Made by a program: the position numbers and the translations under genes
From: an uncultured Bacilli bacterium
GTDB taxonomy: Bacteria > Bacillota_I > Bacilli_A > RF39 > UBA660
Direction: 5' to 3'
Length of the DNA: 64,000 nt
Assembly (NCBI GenBank): GCA_947588765.1
Contig: CANPZG010000001.1
Span: 12,658 to 76,657 of the forward strand
The notes under the pieces: generated by a model
What the model was told of the DNA's origin: nothing
The model's database searches: none
What the model saw: the letters and a program-made list of their open reading frames with translations, nothing else
Shown: positions 1 through 10,501 of the stretch, piece after piece
Layout: each line of letters begins with the position of its first letter
Position numbering within the stretch: position 1 is the first letter of the stretch

Positions 1-2
1 AA

Positions 3-728
3 TCATATCCTAAAACGGGATCTGATGGTTCTGGTTATGATTTAGCTAAAAAATTAGGCCATAGCATAGTTCCAACCTATCCTGCCTTAGTTCAAATAAT
101 AGGCCAAGATAATTACTACAAAGATTGGGCTGGAGTTAGAAGTGATGCTATTGTTAGTTTAAAAAATGGTGATACTGTTTTAAAAGTTGATAAAGGTGAA
201 GTCCAATTTACTGATTATGGATTAAGTGGTATATGTATTTTTAATTTAAGCTCATTAGTTAAAGATAATAAAGATTTAACTATTGAACTTAATTTAGTGC
301 CTTGGTTTCAAGGTAATAAAAAAGATTTAATTGCTTATTTAGATAAATTACAAGAAGAATTTCCAACTTATTCAATTAAAGAAATAATGGAAGGATTTTT
401 ACATTATAAATTAATTAATTTGATTTTAAAATTATTAAAAATAGAACATTGTGCTTTATGGAAAGATGTCCCTCAAGAAAAAATAGCAAGTTTACTTATG
501 ACTTTTCCTTTTAGAGTCAAAGAAACTAAATCTTTTGATGATGCTCAAGTTACCAGTGGTGGCATTCCTTTAAATGAAATAAATCCGTGTACCATGGAAT
601 CTAATATTTGCCCTGGGCTTTATTTCGCTGGGGAAATTCTAGATGTTAATGGTGATTGTGGGGGCTATAATTTAGGCTTTGCTTGGATGAGTGCTTTAAA
701 TATTGAGGTTGCTAATGATAAGAATTAG
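3..728 (+). CDS. HI0933/YhiN-family FAD flavoprotein, 5' end cut by window edge
   Basis: Open frame from nt 3, same frame as the 297..728 ORF. C-terminal GGIPLNEI...GLYFAGEILDVNGDCGGYNLGFAW is typical of the HI0933-like family. Confidence 0.7.
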   Translation, partial: SYPKTGSDGSGYDLAKKLGHSIVPTYPALVQIIGQDNYYKDWAGVRSDAIVSLKNGDTVLKVDKGEVQFTDYGLSGICIFNLSSLVKDNKDLTIELNLVPWFQGNKKDLIAYLDKLQEEFPTYSIKEIMEGFLHYKLINLILKLLKIEHCALWKDVPQEKIASLLMTFPFRVKETKSFDDAQVTSGGIPLNEINPCTMESNICPGLYFAGEILDVNGDCGGYNLGFAWMSALNIEVANDKN

Positions 729-2298
729 ACAAATTAAAGTAATAGTAACCAACAATAGTGAAGAAGTGATTAAAGAAAAAATCGCTAAAAGATTAAAAAT
801 AAAATCTAATGAAATATTAGATTATAAAATAAATAAAGAGGCTATTGATGCAAGAAAATCTAATGAAATATTTTATGTTTATGAAGTAGATGTTATTTTA
901 AAAAATGAAGAATATATTTTAAATAATATAAAAGATAAAGATATTTTTAAAACACCAAATGAAGAATATATTTTTCCAAAAATGGGAGTAGCTAAATTAA
1001 ACCATAAACCGATTATCGTTGGTAGTGGTCCGGCTGGATTATTCGCTGCCTACCTTTTAAGTGAAATGGGGTATAAACCTCTAATAATAGAACGAGGTAA
1101 AATGGTTGATGATCGCCTTAAATCAGTTGAAGAATTTTGGCAAACTGGTAAATTAAATTTGGAAAGCAATGTGCAATTTGGTGAAGGTGGCGCGGGAACT
1201 TTTTCCGATGGTAAACTTAATACGTTAATTAAAGATAAAGAGCATATTGGTAAAAAAATAATGGATATTTTTATTGAAAATGGCGCCCCTAAAGATATTG
1301 CTTATGTTCATAATCCTCATATAGGAACTGATTTATTAAGAGATGTTATTAAAAATATACGTCAAAAAATTATTAATCAAGGTGGTATTTTTAGATATAA
1401 TACGAAACTCACGGATATAATCATAGAAAATAATAAAATAACTAAAATAGTAGTTAATGATAAAGAAATAATAGATTGTGATATTTTAATTTTAGCCATT
1501 GGTCATTCAGCCCGAGATACCATCAAAATGCTTTATGATAATGGATTAAAAATGCAACCTAAAGCTTTTGCTATAGGGGTTAGAATTATGCATGAACAAG
1601 ATATGATTAATACGAATCAATATGGTAAATTCAAAGACTATTTACCTAATGCTAGTTATAAATTAACTTATACAACTACTAAAGGAAGAGGGGTTTATTC
1701 ATTTTGTATGTGTCCAGGTGGTTATGTAATTAATGCCTCAAGTGAATTAAATTGCTTAGCTATTAATGGAATGAGTCTTCACAGTAGAGACAGTGGAGTA
1801 GCTAATAGTGCCATTGTTGTTAATTTTAATCCCAATGATTTAAATATGGATGTATTATCTAGTATTGAGTATCAAAGAAAATTGGAATCTTTTGCCTATA
1901 AATTAGGTAATGGTAACATACCTTTACAAAGATGGGAAGATTATAAGAAAAATAAGCCAACAACAGCTTTAGGTAAACTACACCCAATGGTAAAAGGAAA
2001 ATATCTTTTAACTAATATTAGAGAGAGTCTACCAGATTTTATTAATGAAGCGTTACTTGAGGCTATTCCTTATTTTGGTACTAAAATAAAAGGCTTTGAT
2101 GATAATGATACCTTACTTGCCATTATTGAAAGTCGTACTTCTTCCCCTATAACTATTTTAAGAGATGAAAATAAAGTCGCAAGTATTCAAGGAATATATC
2201 CAGTTGGTGAAGGAGCAGGTTATGCTGGAGGAATAACATCCGCCGCAATTGATGGAATAAAGACTGCTGAGGTAATAATAAAAAAATATCATAATTAA
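715..2298 (+). CDS. FAD-dependent dehydrogenase (COG2509-like)
   Basis: GSGPAGLFAAYLL dinucleotide-binding motif, then FGEGGAGTFSDGKL and GEGAGYAGGI. ATG at 715 follows GAGGT; overlaps the upstream gene by 14 nt. Confidence 0.65.
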   Translation: MIRIRQIKVIVTNNSEEVIKEKIAKRLKIKSNEILDYKINKEAIDARKSNEIFYVYEVDVILKNEEYILNNIKDKDIFKTPNEEYIFPKMGVAKLNHKPIIVGSGPAGLFAAYLLSEMGYKPLIIERGKMVDDRLKSVEEFWQTGKLNLESNVQFGEGGAGTFSDGKLNTLIKDKEHIGKKIMDIFIENGAPKDIAYVHNPHIGTDLLRDVIKNIRQKIINQGGIFRYNTKLTDIIIENNKITKIVVNDKEIIDCDILILAIGHSARDTIKMLYDNGLKMQPKAFAIGVRIMHEQDMINTNQYGKFKDYLPNASYKLTYTTTKGRGVYSFCMCPGGYVINASSELNCLAINGMSLHSRDSGVANSAIVVNFNPNDLNMDVLSSIEYQRKLESFAYKLGNGNIPLQRWEDYKKNKPTTALGKLHPMVKGKYLLTNIRESLPDFINEALLEAIPYFGTKIKGFDDNDTLLAIIESRTSSPITILRDENKVASIQGIYPVGEGAGYAGGITSAAIDGIKTAEVIIKKYHN

Positions 2299-2354
2299 TT
2301 TGCAAAATAAAATTTTTTGTGCTAATATACTTTCCAGCAAGAAAGGGACATTAC

Positions 2355-2735
2355 ATGGAAAATTTTGATAATGATTATGAAAAATTAAAAAATTATTTAT
2401 TAAGTATGGCTAAATATATTTTAGTAGGTAATACAGTTCTTATTGAAATTGAATATGCTTATGATTTATTAAAAGAAGCTTTACAAAATGAAATATTATC
2501 TAGGGAAGAAGCTTTAATGATTAATAAAAGTTTAATCATCAGTCGCGTATTTTGTTTTAATAAAAGTGAAAAAGAAGAAACTAAAATATTAAAAAATAAT
2601 TTAAAAACTTTATATAAATACTTAAAACAAGGAAATTTACCTTTAGATTTTGGAAAATATGCTGCCAAAAACATTCTCGTAATTGAAGAGAGTAAAAAAG
2701 AAGATAATGTTTTAGCAAGAACTATCAAGCTATAA
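2355..2735 (+). CDS. hypothetical protein
   Basis: ORF with AAAGGGA RBS 6 nt upstream of the ATG. No recognisable motif. Confidence 0.35.
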   Translation: MENFDNDYEKLKNYLLSMAKYILVGNTVLIEIEYAYDLLKEALQNEILSREEALMINKSLIISRVFCFNKSEKEETKILKNNLKTLYKYLKQGNLPLDFGKYAAKNILVIEESKKEDNVLARTIKL

Positions 2736-2815
2736 AAATTATCTTTTTTTTGATTTAAATTTGCTATTAAAAATATAATGTAGTATAATTGACTTACCAA
2801 AGAGGTGAAATTAAT

Positions 2816-3304
2816 TTGAAAAAATTAAAAGAAATTTGGCAAAAGAATAGGGTGTTAATAGTGTTGATAGGCATTTTAATTGCTTGTTTTATTGCCATTT
2901 GTATAGTTGTTGTTACTTATTTTTTTGGAGGTAGTGATACAGTCTATGGTGATAGATTAAAAGATATCGATAAACATCCAATTACGGAAGATTTTAAAAA
3001 TAAATATATTTCATCTTTAGAAAATGATGATGCTATTGAAGAAGTAACTTTTAATAGTAAAGGAAGAGTTATTTATATTAGAATAAAATATGTTGATGAT
3101 TTTTCTTTGGTAGAAGCAGAAAGTAAAGCTACTGCATCTTTAACAACTTTTGAAGAAAATACTTTAAATTATTATGATCTTAATTTTACAATTGTTAGTG
3201 ATGAAACTGATAATAGTGATGGCTTTACTCTAATGGGAGCAAAGAATGTTAATAGTGATACCGTAGTTTGGAATAATAATACCCAAGCAGAAAGTGAAGA
3301 ATAA
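2816..3304 (+). CDS. small membrane-anchored protein (one TM, extracytoplasmic domain)
   Basis: TTG start after AGAGGTG. One N-terminal TM helix. Its stop overlaps the start of the next gene (ATAATG). Confidence 0.4.
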   Translation: MKKLKEIWQKNRVLIVLIGILIACFIAICIVVVTYFFGGSDTVYGDRLKDIDKHPITEDFKNKYISSLENDDAIEEVTFNSKGRVIYIRIKYVDDFSLVEAESKATASLTTFEENTLNYYDLNFTIVSDETDNSDGFTLMGAKNVNSDTVVWNNNTQAESEE

Positions 3305-5298
3305 TGAAAAAGAAGAAAAATATATTAATTATTATCTTAAGTGTTATTGTCTTAATAATTATTGGAGTTGTTCTTTTTTTCATCTTAAATGATAAAAATA
3401 AATTAACTGTTCAAGAAAGAGCTTGGATGGATGATAATGTTAGTACAATTCAAAATATAAATATTATTAATGATGCAAATATTTTTGGTAAAAATGCCGA
3501 AGGAGTTTTTTATGATTTCTTAAAAGACTTTTCGGTAGATTATAGTATGCAAATAAATCCAATTACTTTTACAGATGGAACAAAAGATGGTTTAACATTT
3601 ACTTTAAAAAATCAAATAAGTGATAATGATGTTGTTTTTTATACGGACCATTATGTTTTATTAAGTAAGAAAGATGCTAATATCAATAGTTATAGTGATT
3701 TAAATGGCAAGGTTATTGGAATAAATGGTACAAATTATAATTATGTTCATCCATATTTAGCTAATGTAACTTTAAATAGTTATGAAAATGATGAAGCTTT
3801 ATTTGCTTCCCTTGATACGGAAACGGAATTTGTAGTTGTCCCAATGATTCAATATTTAGATACAATTTTAACTAATGATTATTTTGTTAATTTCCATCTT
3901 GGGGATATCAAAAGTTATTATGTTATGCAAAGTGCTAATGATACTTTAAGTGTTGTTTTAAATAAATATTATCAAAAATGGCAAGGTAATTTAGCTAAAT
4001 ATTTTAATAGTCATGAATTTGATTTATTCGTGGATAGCTTAAAATTAACTGAAGCTGAAATAGATAAATTACAAAGTGTAGTTCATAATTATGGTTTTGT
4101 AAATACTAGTCCCTATGAGGTTATTATGGGTGGTGAATATGGTGGTATTGTGGCCGTTTATTTAAGTCATTTTAGTGATTTTTCGAATATTGATTTTAAA
4201 TTTGTTAAATATAAAGATAAAAACCAATTTAATGATGCTATTAACAATAATGAAGTAGAAATGTATTTCAATTATTATAATACCCAAAATGATAGTAAAT
4301 CAGTGAAGGGTCCAAATATTTCTTATGTTATTGCATCACTAAAGGATAATAATGAAGTAGTTAATTCTGTTAATTCCTTGATTAATAAAAATGTTTATGT
4401 GGAAAATAATAGTAAACTACATGAATATTTAAAAACAATAAATGGTATAAACATTGTACCTTACGAAAAGCTAAAAGAAGTTAAGAAGAATAAAGATAAT
4501 AATTACTTAGTAATTGATGAAAATATTTTTGAATATAATAAAGAAGATTTATTAAGTAAATATGATAATAGATATGTTGGTAATATAAATAATAATTATG
4601 AATTTAGAATAAATAATAATGATGTTTTAGCAAGACTTTTTGGTAGTTACATTAAAACATTAGATACTCAAGAAATGGAAATATTAGGTTTAGAAAATCA
4701 TTATGATACCGTTAAAGCTGGTTCTATTATGAGTAAAATTGCCACCTATATAATTTATTTATTAATCATTGTTATTGTAATTACTTTAATCGTTATTAGA
4801 AAAAGTAAAAAAATAAAAATAGCCAGAAGAATTAAAAAAGATGATAAACTTAAATTTATCGATCAATTAACTAGTTTAAAGAATCGTAATTATTTAAGTG
4901 AAAATATTAGTATTTGGAATAATAATACAATTTATCCTCAAGCAATCATCGTAATTGATTTAAATAAAGTTCAAGAAATAAATGATATTTATGGTTATGA
5001 AGAAGGGGATAAACAAATTCAAGCTGCAGCGAATGCTTTAATTAAAACGCAATTAGATAATAGCGAAATTATGCGGACTGATGGTAATGAATTTGTTATT
5101 TACATTGTTGGTTATAGTGAAAAACAAATATCTAATTACATGCATAAATTAAATAAAGAATTAAGTAAATTACCTTATGAATTTGGAGCGGAATTTGGTC
5201 GCAGTATGATTATGGATAATATAAAAACTGTAGAAGATGCGATGAATGAAGCTGTCGAAGATATGAAAAAACAAAAGGTTGAAACTAATGAAAAATAA
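3304..5298 (+). CDS. membrane sensor protein with degenerate GGDEF domain
   Basis: N-terminal TM, ~450-aa extracytoplasmic domain, second TM, then a GGDEF-like fold. The signature reads DGNEF rather than GG[DE]EF (IIVIDLNKVQEINDIYGYEEGD...TDGNEFVIYIVGYS). Confidence 0.55.
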   Translation: MKKKKNILIIILSVIVLIIIGVVLFFILNDKNKLTVQERAWMDDNVSTIQNINIINDANIFGKNAEGVFYDFLKDFSVDYSMQINPITFTDGTKDGLTFTLKNQISDNDVVFYTDHYVLLSKKDANINSYSDLNGKVIGINGTNYNYVHPYLANVTLNSYENDEALFASLDTETEFVVVPMIQYLDTILTNDYFVNFHLGDIKSYYVMQSANDTLSVVLNKYYQKWQGNLAKYFNSHEFDLFVDSLKLTEAEIDKLQSVVHNYGFVNTSPYEVIMGGEYGGIVAVYLSHFSDFSNIDFKFVKYKDKNQFNDAINNNEVEMYFNYYNTQNDSKSVKGPNISYVIASLKDNNEVVNSVNSLINKNVYVENNSKLHEYLKTINGINIVPYEKLKEVKKNKDNNYLVIDENIFEYNKEDLLSKYDNRYVGNINNNYEFRINNNDVLARLFGSYIKTLDTQEMEILGLENHYDTVKAGSIMSKIATYIIYLLIIVIVITLIVIRKSKKIKIARRIKKDDKLKFIDQLTSLKNRNYLSENISIWNNNTIYPQAIIVIDLNKVQEINDIYGYEEGDKQIQAAANALIKTQLDNSEIMRTDGNEFVIYIVGYSEKQISNYMHKLNKELSKLPYEFGAEFGRSMIMDNIKTVEDAMNEAVEDMKKQKVETNEK

Positions 5299-6136
5299 GA
5301 TAAAAACTAGTTTAACAGACTTTTGGCATAATTTTAAAATAGCTATTTCTAAACCAGAAATGGCTATTTTACCAGGACATCTAGCATTTTTCTTCGTTTT
5401 AGCCATCGTTCCAATATTTACTTTAATTACTTATGGAGCAGCCTTCTTAAATTTATCAACGGATACCATTTTTAATTTTTTAACAACAATATTTTCTGAA
5501 GATATTGCTAATATGTTATTAGGTAGTTCATCTTTAGGGGGAACTACTTTAATAATTACCATAGTTGTTGGGCTGGTTATGGCCTCAAATGGAGCAGCCT
5601 CAATTATTACAACAACTAATACCATTTATGGTGTAAAAAATAATAGTTTTATTCGAAGAAGAATAAAAGCAATAATTATGACTTTCTTCTTAATCTTACT
5701 ATTTCTATTCATGTTAATAATCCCAGTATTTGGTAATAAAATAATTGAAATAGTTAAATTTGCGAGTATAAATCCTAATTTAATTGAAGATATTACGGTA
5801 GTAATTAACTTTTTACAAGGACCTATTACTTGGCTAGTAATTTACTTCATTATTAAATTTATTTATACGATAGCGCCAAATAAAATAGTTAAAAGTAAAA
5901 ATGTTGGTTATGGAGCCTTATTTACTAGTATTGGTTGGATAATATCAACTTATATTTATTCCTTCTATATATCTCATTTAGCTAATTATTCCGCCTTTTA
6001 TGGTGGACTTGCTAATATCATTATTTTAATGTTATGGTTCTATTTATTAGCCTTTATTTTTACTATAGGTATAGCCTTAAACTATAGAAGAGAAGAATTG
6101 GAAAAAACTAGTACTTTAAAAATAAAAAAATCGTAA
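5288..6136 (+). CDS. YihY/BrkB family membrane protein
   Basis: Six predicted TM helices; LPGHLAFFFVLAIVPIFTLI...GGLANIIILMLWFYL resembles COG1295. Confidence 0.6.
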   Translation: MKNKIKTSLTDFWHNFKIAISKPEMAILPGHLAFFFVLAIVPIFTLITYGAAFLNLSTDTIFNFLTTIFSEDIANMLLGSSSLGGTTLIITIVVGLVMASNGAASIITTTNTIYGVKNNSFIRRRIKAIIMTFFLILLFLFMLIIPVFGNKIIEIVKFASINPNLIEDITVVINFLQGPITWLVIYFIIKFIYTIAPNKIVKSKNVGYGALFTSIGWIISTYIYSFYISHLANYSAFYGGLANIIILMLWFYLLAFIFTIGIALNYRREELEKTSTLKIKKS

Positions 6137-6144
6137 ATAATAAA

Positions 6145-6184
6145 AATATGTACTACAGGTATTACTAAAGTACATATTTTTCTT
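6145..6184 (+). terminator. rho-independent terminator
   Basis: AATATGTACT...AGTACATATT inverted repeat followed by a T-run. Confidence 0.5.
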
Positions 6185-6299
6185 TGATATTAAAGAGTAT
6201 TCTTTACTCCATATATTGAAGAGTAATATCCTAGAAGTCCCAATGATAGATATTGGGATTTTTAAGATTGTAAACAATTGTTAAATTAAAAATCATCTC

Positions 6300-6324
6300 T
6301 TGACAGAATATATATATATATATA
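6300..6324 (+). promoter_or_regulatory. putative sigma-A promoter with (TA)7 in the spacer
   Basis: TTGACA at 6300-6305, A(TA)7 at 6308-6322, TATAAT at 6319-6324. The spacer is only 13 nt as written. Confidence 0.3.
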
Positions 6325-6461
6325 ATGATATCAGGAAAAATAAGGATATTGGAAAGAATTGTAATATGATGAAAAGAAGAAAAGCTGTACTATGAAAAAC
6401 CGTATGCGAGAAAGCTGATAGTGCTAATATAAAAATGTAGGAAAAATGAGGTGTTTGATAA

Positions 6462-7853
6462 ATGAAAAAAACAAAAATAACAATAGTTTTAATATTTATA
6501 GTAGCTATATGCGCCATAATTATAGGAATTAGTAATAAGACTAAAACTTTTAAAGAAATAAATATCAAAGATGAAAACCAAGACAATACTTTAGCTATAA
6601 TGATAAGAGATGAAAAAGATAAAGAATATAAAAAACAAAATCGCTTAGAGTTTCCTAATAAAGATAATTATAGATATATTGGGTCAACATGTACTGATAA
6701 TGAAGGTAATATATTAAATGGTAAAGAATATATTAGATATGATGAAGATACAAATAAAGCATACTTAACAACAAACAAAGCAGTACATTGCTCGATGTTT
6801 TTTGCAGATGCTCTACCAGCTTCAGAACAAATAGTAAAATATTCAAGTAAATATTTAGAACCAGAACAAGATGTAACAGATAGAGGAGATGTATTAAGAA
6901 GATTTCAAGGAACAGTAGAGAAAAATGCTGATGGAACAATAGATGAAACAAATGATGTAAATAACTATGTATGTTTTGGAACAACTGATAAAGAAGAATG
7001 TGTAAGTAATACTGACAAATATATGTATCGTATTATTGGCTATGCTATTGATGATGATATGGATTCATTAACCTATAAAGGTCAATTAAAACTTATCAAA
7101 AAAGAAGCTTTAGAAAAAACAATGGTGTGGAATGATGACAGGTATACATATGTACCATATTATCAAACAATTCCTTATTTATATATAAATGGTGAGGGAT
7201 ATTTGAATAATGACTACTATGTTTTAGATTCTTGGAAAGATGAAATTGTTAATCATAATTGGACGTATGGTAATAATAATTGGACTTACGATAATAAAAC
7301 GTTATTTCAATATGAAAGCGCCAAATTAAATTATGTTTTCCAATATCTAAATGTAGAATCAGGTAACAAAACTCGTAAAGTTGAAAATACTGCTCAAAGT
7401 AAATACGCTGGACAAAATGTTCGTTATGATGAAATAAGTAAAAAATGGGATATAATATTATCAAAAGTAGGAATGTTGTATTTAACTGATAATTCTCTTG
7501 CTGCTGGGAAAGAAACAAATGGATGTTATAGTAGCGATACAAATGAAGAAAATAAAAATATTTGTCAAAAGGGATGGCTCAATTTAAATAATAATGATAC
7601 TAATATTTTAAGTTTTGATTCTAAAAATCCATTATCTAATATGGAACATATAGTTAACATCGTTGGTTATGCACCAAAGTGGGGTTATTATGACAATTTT
7701 GCTTTAAGATATGATGGACTAATAATTAGTGCGAATGTAGAAGGTTTAATTAGTGTTGTCCGTCCTGTCATTTATATAACTCAAGACATATTTTTAATGG
7801 GAACTGGAACTCAATCTGATCCTTATAGAATAATATCTCCCGATTTAAATTAA
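6462..7853 (+). CDS. secreted/membrane-anchored Cys-rich protein
   Basis: N-terminal signal/TM (KITIVLIFIVAICAIIIG), about 12 Cys, Asn-rich. No family recognised. Confidence 0.45.
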   Translation: MKKTKITIVLIFIVAICAIIIGISNKTKTFKEINIKDENQDNTLAIMIRDEKDKEYKKQNRLEFPNKDNYRYIGSTCTDNEGNILNGKEYIRYDEDTNKAYLTTNKAVHCSMFFADALPASEQIVKYSSKYLEPEQDVTDRGDVLRRFQGTVEKNADGTIDETNDVNNYVCFGTTDKEECVSNTDKYMYRIIGYAIDDDMDSLTYKGQLKLIKKEALEKTMVWNDDRYTYVPYYQTIPYLYINGEGYLNNDYYVLDSWKDEIVNHNWTYGNNNWTYDNKTLFQYESAKLNYVFQYLNVESGNKTRKVENTAQSKYAGQNVRYDEISKKWDIILSKVGMLYLTDNSLAAGKETNGCYSSDTNEENKNICQKGWLNLNNNDTNILSFDSKNPLSNMEHIVNIVGYAPKWGYYDNFALRYDGLIISANVEGLISVVRPVIYITQDIFLMGTGTQSDPYRIISPDLN

Positions 7854-7937
7854 AAGCTTTATAACTTTAGTTATAGAGTTTTTTCTTGGAAAGAAATATG
7901 ATTTATTATATAATATATTTAGAAAGAAGGCTTTAAT

Positions 7938-9245
7938 ATGTTTGAATATATGGGAGATAGATTATCTAATGCAATAAAAAATATTCGAGGTATGGGTAAA
8001 ATAACCGAAGAAAATATTCAAGATGCTATGCGAGAAATAAGAATAGCTTTACTTGAAGCTGATGTTAACTATCAAGTTGTTAAAGAATTTATTGCTGCAG
8101 TTAAAGAAAAAGCTTTAGAGGCTGAAGTTGGTAAAAGTTTAAAACCTGATGAAGTATTTATTAAAATAGTTAAAGATGAATTAGTTGCCCTTTTAGGAGG
8201 GGACTATGTTCCATTGGAAGTAACGAAAAATCCTACTATTTTAATGTTAGTGGGTCTACAAGGTAGTGGTAAAACTACTACAGCAGGAAAATTAGCTAAT
8301 TTTTTAAGAAAAAAACATAGTAAAAAGCCTTTGTTAGTAGCATGTGATATTTATAGACCGGCAGCTATCGAACAATTAGAAACAATTGGGAAAGAATTAA
8401 ATGTTCCAGTATTTAAAAAAGATAAGGCTAAAGTTACAGAAATAGTTAAAGATGCTTTAGAATACGCTAAAGAAGAAAAATGCGATTATATTATTATCGA
8501 TACGGCAGGTCGTTTACAAATTGATGAAGAATTAATGCAAGAATTAAAAGATATTGATGAATTAGTTAATCCTCATGAAAAAATACTAGTTATTGATGGA
8601 TCGATGGGACAAGATGCCATTAATGTTATCACCGGATTTAATAATACTTTAAATTTAACGGGATGTATTTTAACTAAATTAGATGGTAATACTAAAGGTG
8701 GAGTAGCATTATCTGTTAGACATTTAACTCATATTCCTATTAAGTTCGTTGGGGATAGCGAAAAATTAGATGGTTTAAGAGAATTTTATCCTGAAAGAAT
8801 GGCTGAAAGAATACTTGATATGGGCGATATATTAAGCATTGTAGAAAAAGTTGAAGATGTATTTGATGAAGAAGAAGCTAAAAATCAAGCCATTAAGATG
8901 AAAAAAGGAAAATATGATTTAGAGGATTTTTTAACTAACTTAAAGCAAATAAAAAAACTTGGACCTTTAGAAAATATTTTAAAAATGTTACCTCAAGCAA
9001 GAAAAATGGGATTAAATAATATTAATGTGGATCAAAAGCAATTTTCCCGTTTAGAAGCTATTATTAGTTCCATGACTTTAGAAGAAAGAAGAAAACCCGA
9101 AATAATAAAAGCTAGTCGTAAAATACGGATTGCTAAAGGTAGTGGAACAACTGTTGAAGAAGTAAATCGATTACTAAATCAATTTAATATGATGAAAGAT
9201 ATGATGAAAAAAATGTCAAGTGGTAATTTTAAGATGCCTTTTTAA
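7938..9245 (+). CDS. ffh: signal recognition particle protein Ffh
   Basis: N-domain, G-domain (GLQGSGKTTTAGKLA, DTAGR) and Met-rich M-domain at the C-terminus. Confidence 0.95.
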   Translation: MFEYMGDRLSNAIKNIRGMGKITEENIQDAMREIRIALLEADVNYQVVKEFIAAVKEKALEAEVGKSLKPDEVFIKIVKDELVALLGGDYVPLEVTKNPTILMLVGLQGSGKTTTAGKLANFLRKKHSKKPLLVACDIYRPAAIEQLETIGKELNVPVFKKDKAKVTEIVKDALEYAKEEKCDYIIIDTAGRLQIDEELMQELKDIDELVNPHEKILVIDGSMGQDAINVITGFNNTLNLTGCILTKLDGNTKGGVALSVRHLTHIPIKFVGDSEKLDGLREFYPERMAERILDMGDILSIVEKVEDVFDEEEAKNQAIKMKKGKYDLEDFLTNLKQIKKLGPLENILKMLPQARKMGLNNINVDQKQFSRLEAIISSMTLEERRKPEIIKASRKIRIAKGSGTTVEEVNRLLNQFNMMKDMMKKMSSGNFKMPF

Positions 9246-9296
9246 CAAAAAAAGCTTTTATCTCTATAAAAATAATGTTATAATTGTGATGATAGG

Positions 9297-10046
9297 GTGA
9301 TACGATTGAAAAAGATAGAAAGAAGTACCGTATTATTTACACTTTCTCTTTTAATAATTTTAACGCTTTCTATATTAGTAAGTAGGTTTTCTTATGCTTA
9401 TCTTGAATCAGGACCTGTAGCACCCGGAGAAACTAAAGGACAAGTTGTATCTAAAGAAGACCAAATGATATTTACTAAAGGTGATAATATAAGTTTAAAA
9501 TTTGATTCGGCATCATTTACAGAAAGTCAATCTGCTACAACCAAACCATCTGTTACATTAATAGCCAATGAACAAACTAAAAGTGCGGTAGGAATATATA
9601 CTTTAGGTATAAAAATAGAGAAAAATACATTTCAAAAAACGCAAGAAAATAATCCTGAATTAATCTTGACTGTAAAAGATATAACAGGTTCTAAAGAAAT
9701 AACCGCTGAAAATTTACCTGAAAGTGTTAAAAATTCATTGAATTATGTAACAGTTACGGATAGTAAGCAAAAACAAATATCTGGTTTTGATATAACCGGT
9801 AAAACAGGCGTTTTTAACTTTATTGAAAATAATCAAATGACATCAACTAATTATAATGATGGTGTTAAACATGAATTTGAATTTACAATTACTTTTGTTC
9901 ATTATGATTTTGATCAATCTATAAATGAGACAGCTACTTTAAGTGCTAATGCTTATATTTCGGATGTTGCGGAAACGGCAACTAGTGCGTCAAGTATAAA
10001 TTTTGATGAAATAGTAGAAAGTGATTTAACTACTAATTTAGAATAA
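9297..10046 (+). CDS. secreted protein with TasA/camelysin-like N-terminal signal motif
   Basis: GTG start. TM helix followed by SRFSYAYLESG, reminiscent of the SipW-cognate FAYFSD signal of TasA/CalY. The rest is unassignable. Confidence 0.4.
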   Translation: MIRLKKIERSTVLFTLSLLIILTLSILVSRFSYAYLESGPVAPGETKGQVVSKEDQMIFTKGDNISLKFDSASFTESQSATTKPSVTLIANEQTKSAVGIYTLGIKIEKNTFQKTQENNPELILTVKDITGSKEITAENLPESVKNSLNYVTVTDSKQKQISGFDITGKTGVFNFIENNQMTSTNYNDGVKHEFEFTITFVHYDFDQSINETATLSANAYISDVAETATSASSINFDEIVESDLTTNLE

Positions 10047-10052
10047 TGAGTG

Positions 10053-10412
10053 TTAATCACTTTTTTTAATGTTTTCTAATTCTTCTTGCATTCTTTTGAC
10101 AGCTTTAATTAACATATCAACTTCGCTTCTTTGATTTTGATTACTTTTATTTTCGTTATTATCAGTGTAAACTGAACCACCACTTTTAGTTTTTTTACTA
10201 TTAATATTTATATTAGAATTTTCTATTCTTGATTCAATTAATTGTTGTTGGGCGGCATGAGTTAAAACATACTGACCGACCATAATAATCCAGTTACCAA
10301 TGGAGTTTTGTTCATTAGCATTAAAATCGCCAACACAAGCATATCCAACAGCCACAGCAATCAAAGTAAAGACATGAGGATTAGTGTTAGGAGGAAAATT
10401 TTCATTATCCAT
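10053..10412 (-). CDS. small hypothetical membrane protein
   Basis: 119-aa ORF with a hydrophobic N-terminal half and an Asn-rich tail. The RBS is plausible. Confidence 0.35.
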   Translation of the reverse strand: MDNENFPPNTNPHVFTLIAVAVGYACVGDFNANEQNSIGNWIIMVGQYVLTHAAQQQLIESRIENSNININSKKTKSGGSVYTDNNENKSNQNQRSEVDMLIKAVKRMQEELENIKKSD

Positions 10413-10501
10413 AGTTTTCCTCCTTCATTTAATTTTATTAATAAAAACACTAAATTTGCATTTTTCCCCATTTTAATATATAATTTTATTAGGTGAAAGC
10501 A

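Noticed and set aside
3304-5298. Calling the GGDEF protein an active diguanylate cyclase
   Set aside because: The signature is DGNEF rather than GG[DE]EF, so it is annotated only as a degenerate GGDEF domain.
6293-6586. 97-aa minus-strand ORF spanning the (TA)n tract
   Set aside because: It is antisense to the promoter, leader and start of the 6462 gene. Its composition is low-complexity AT-driven and it has no RBS.
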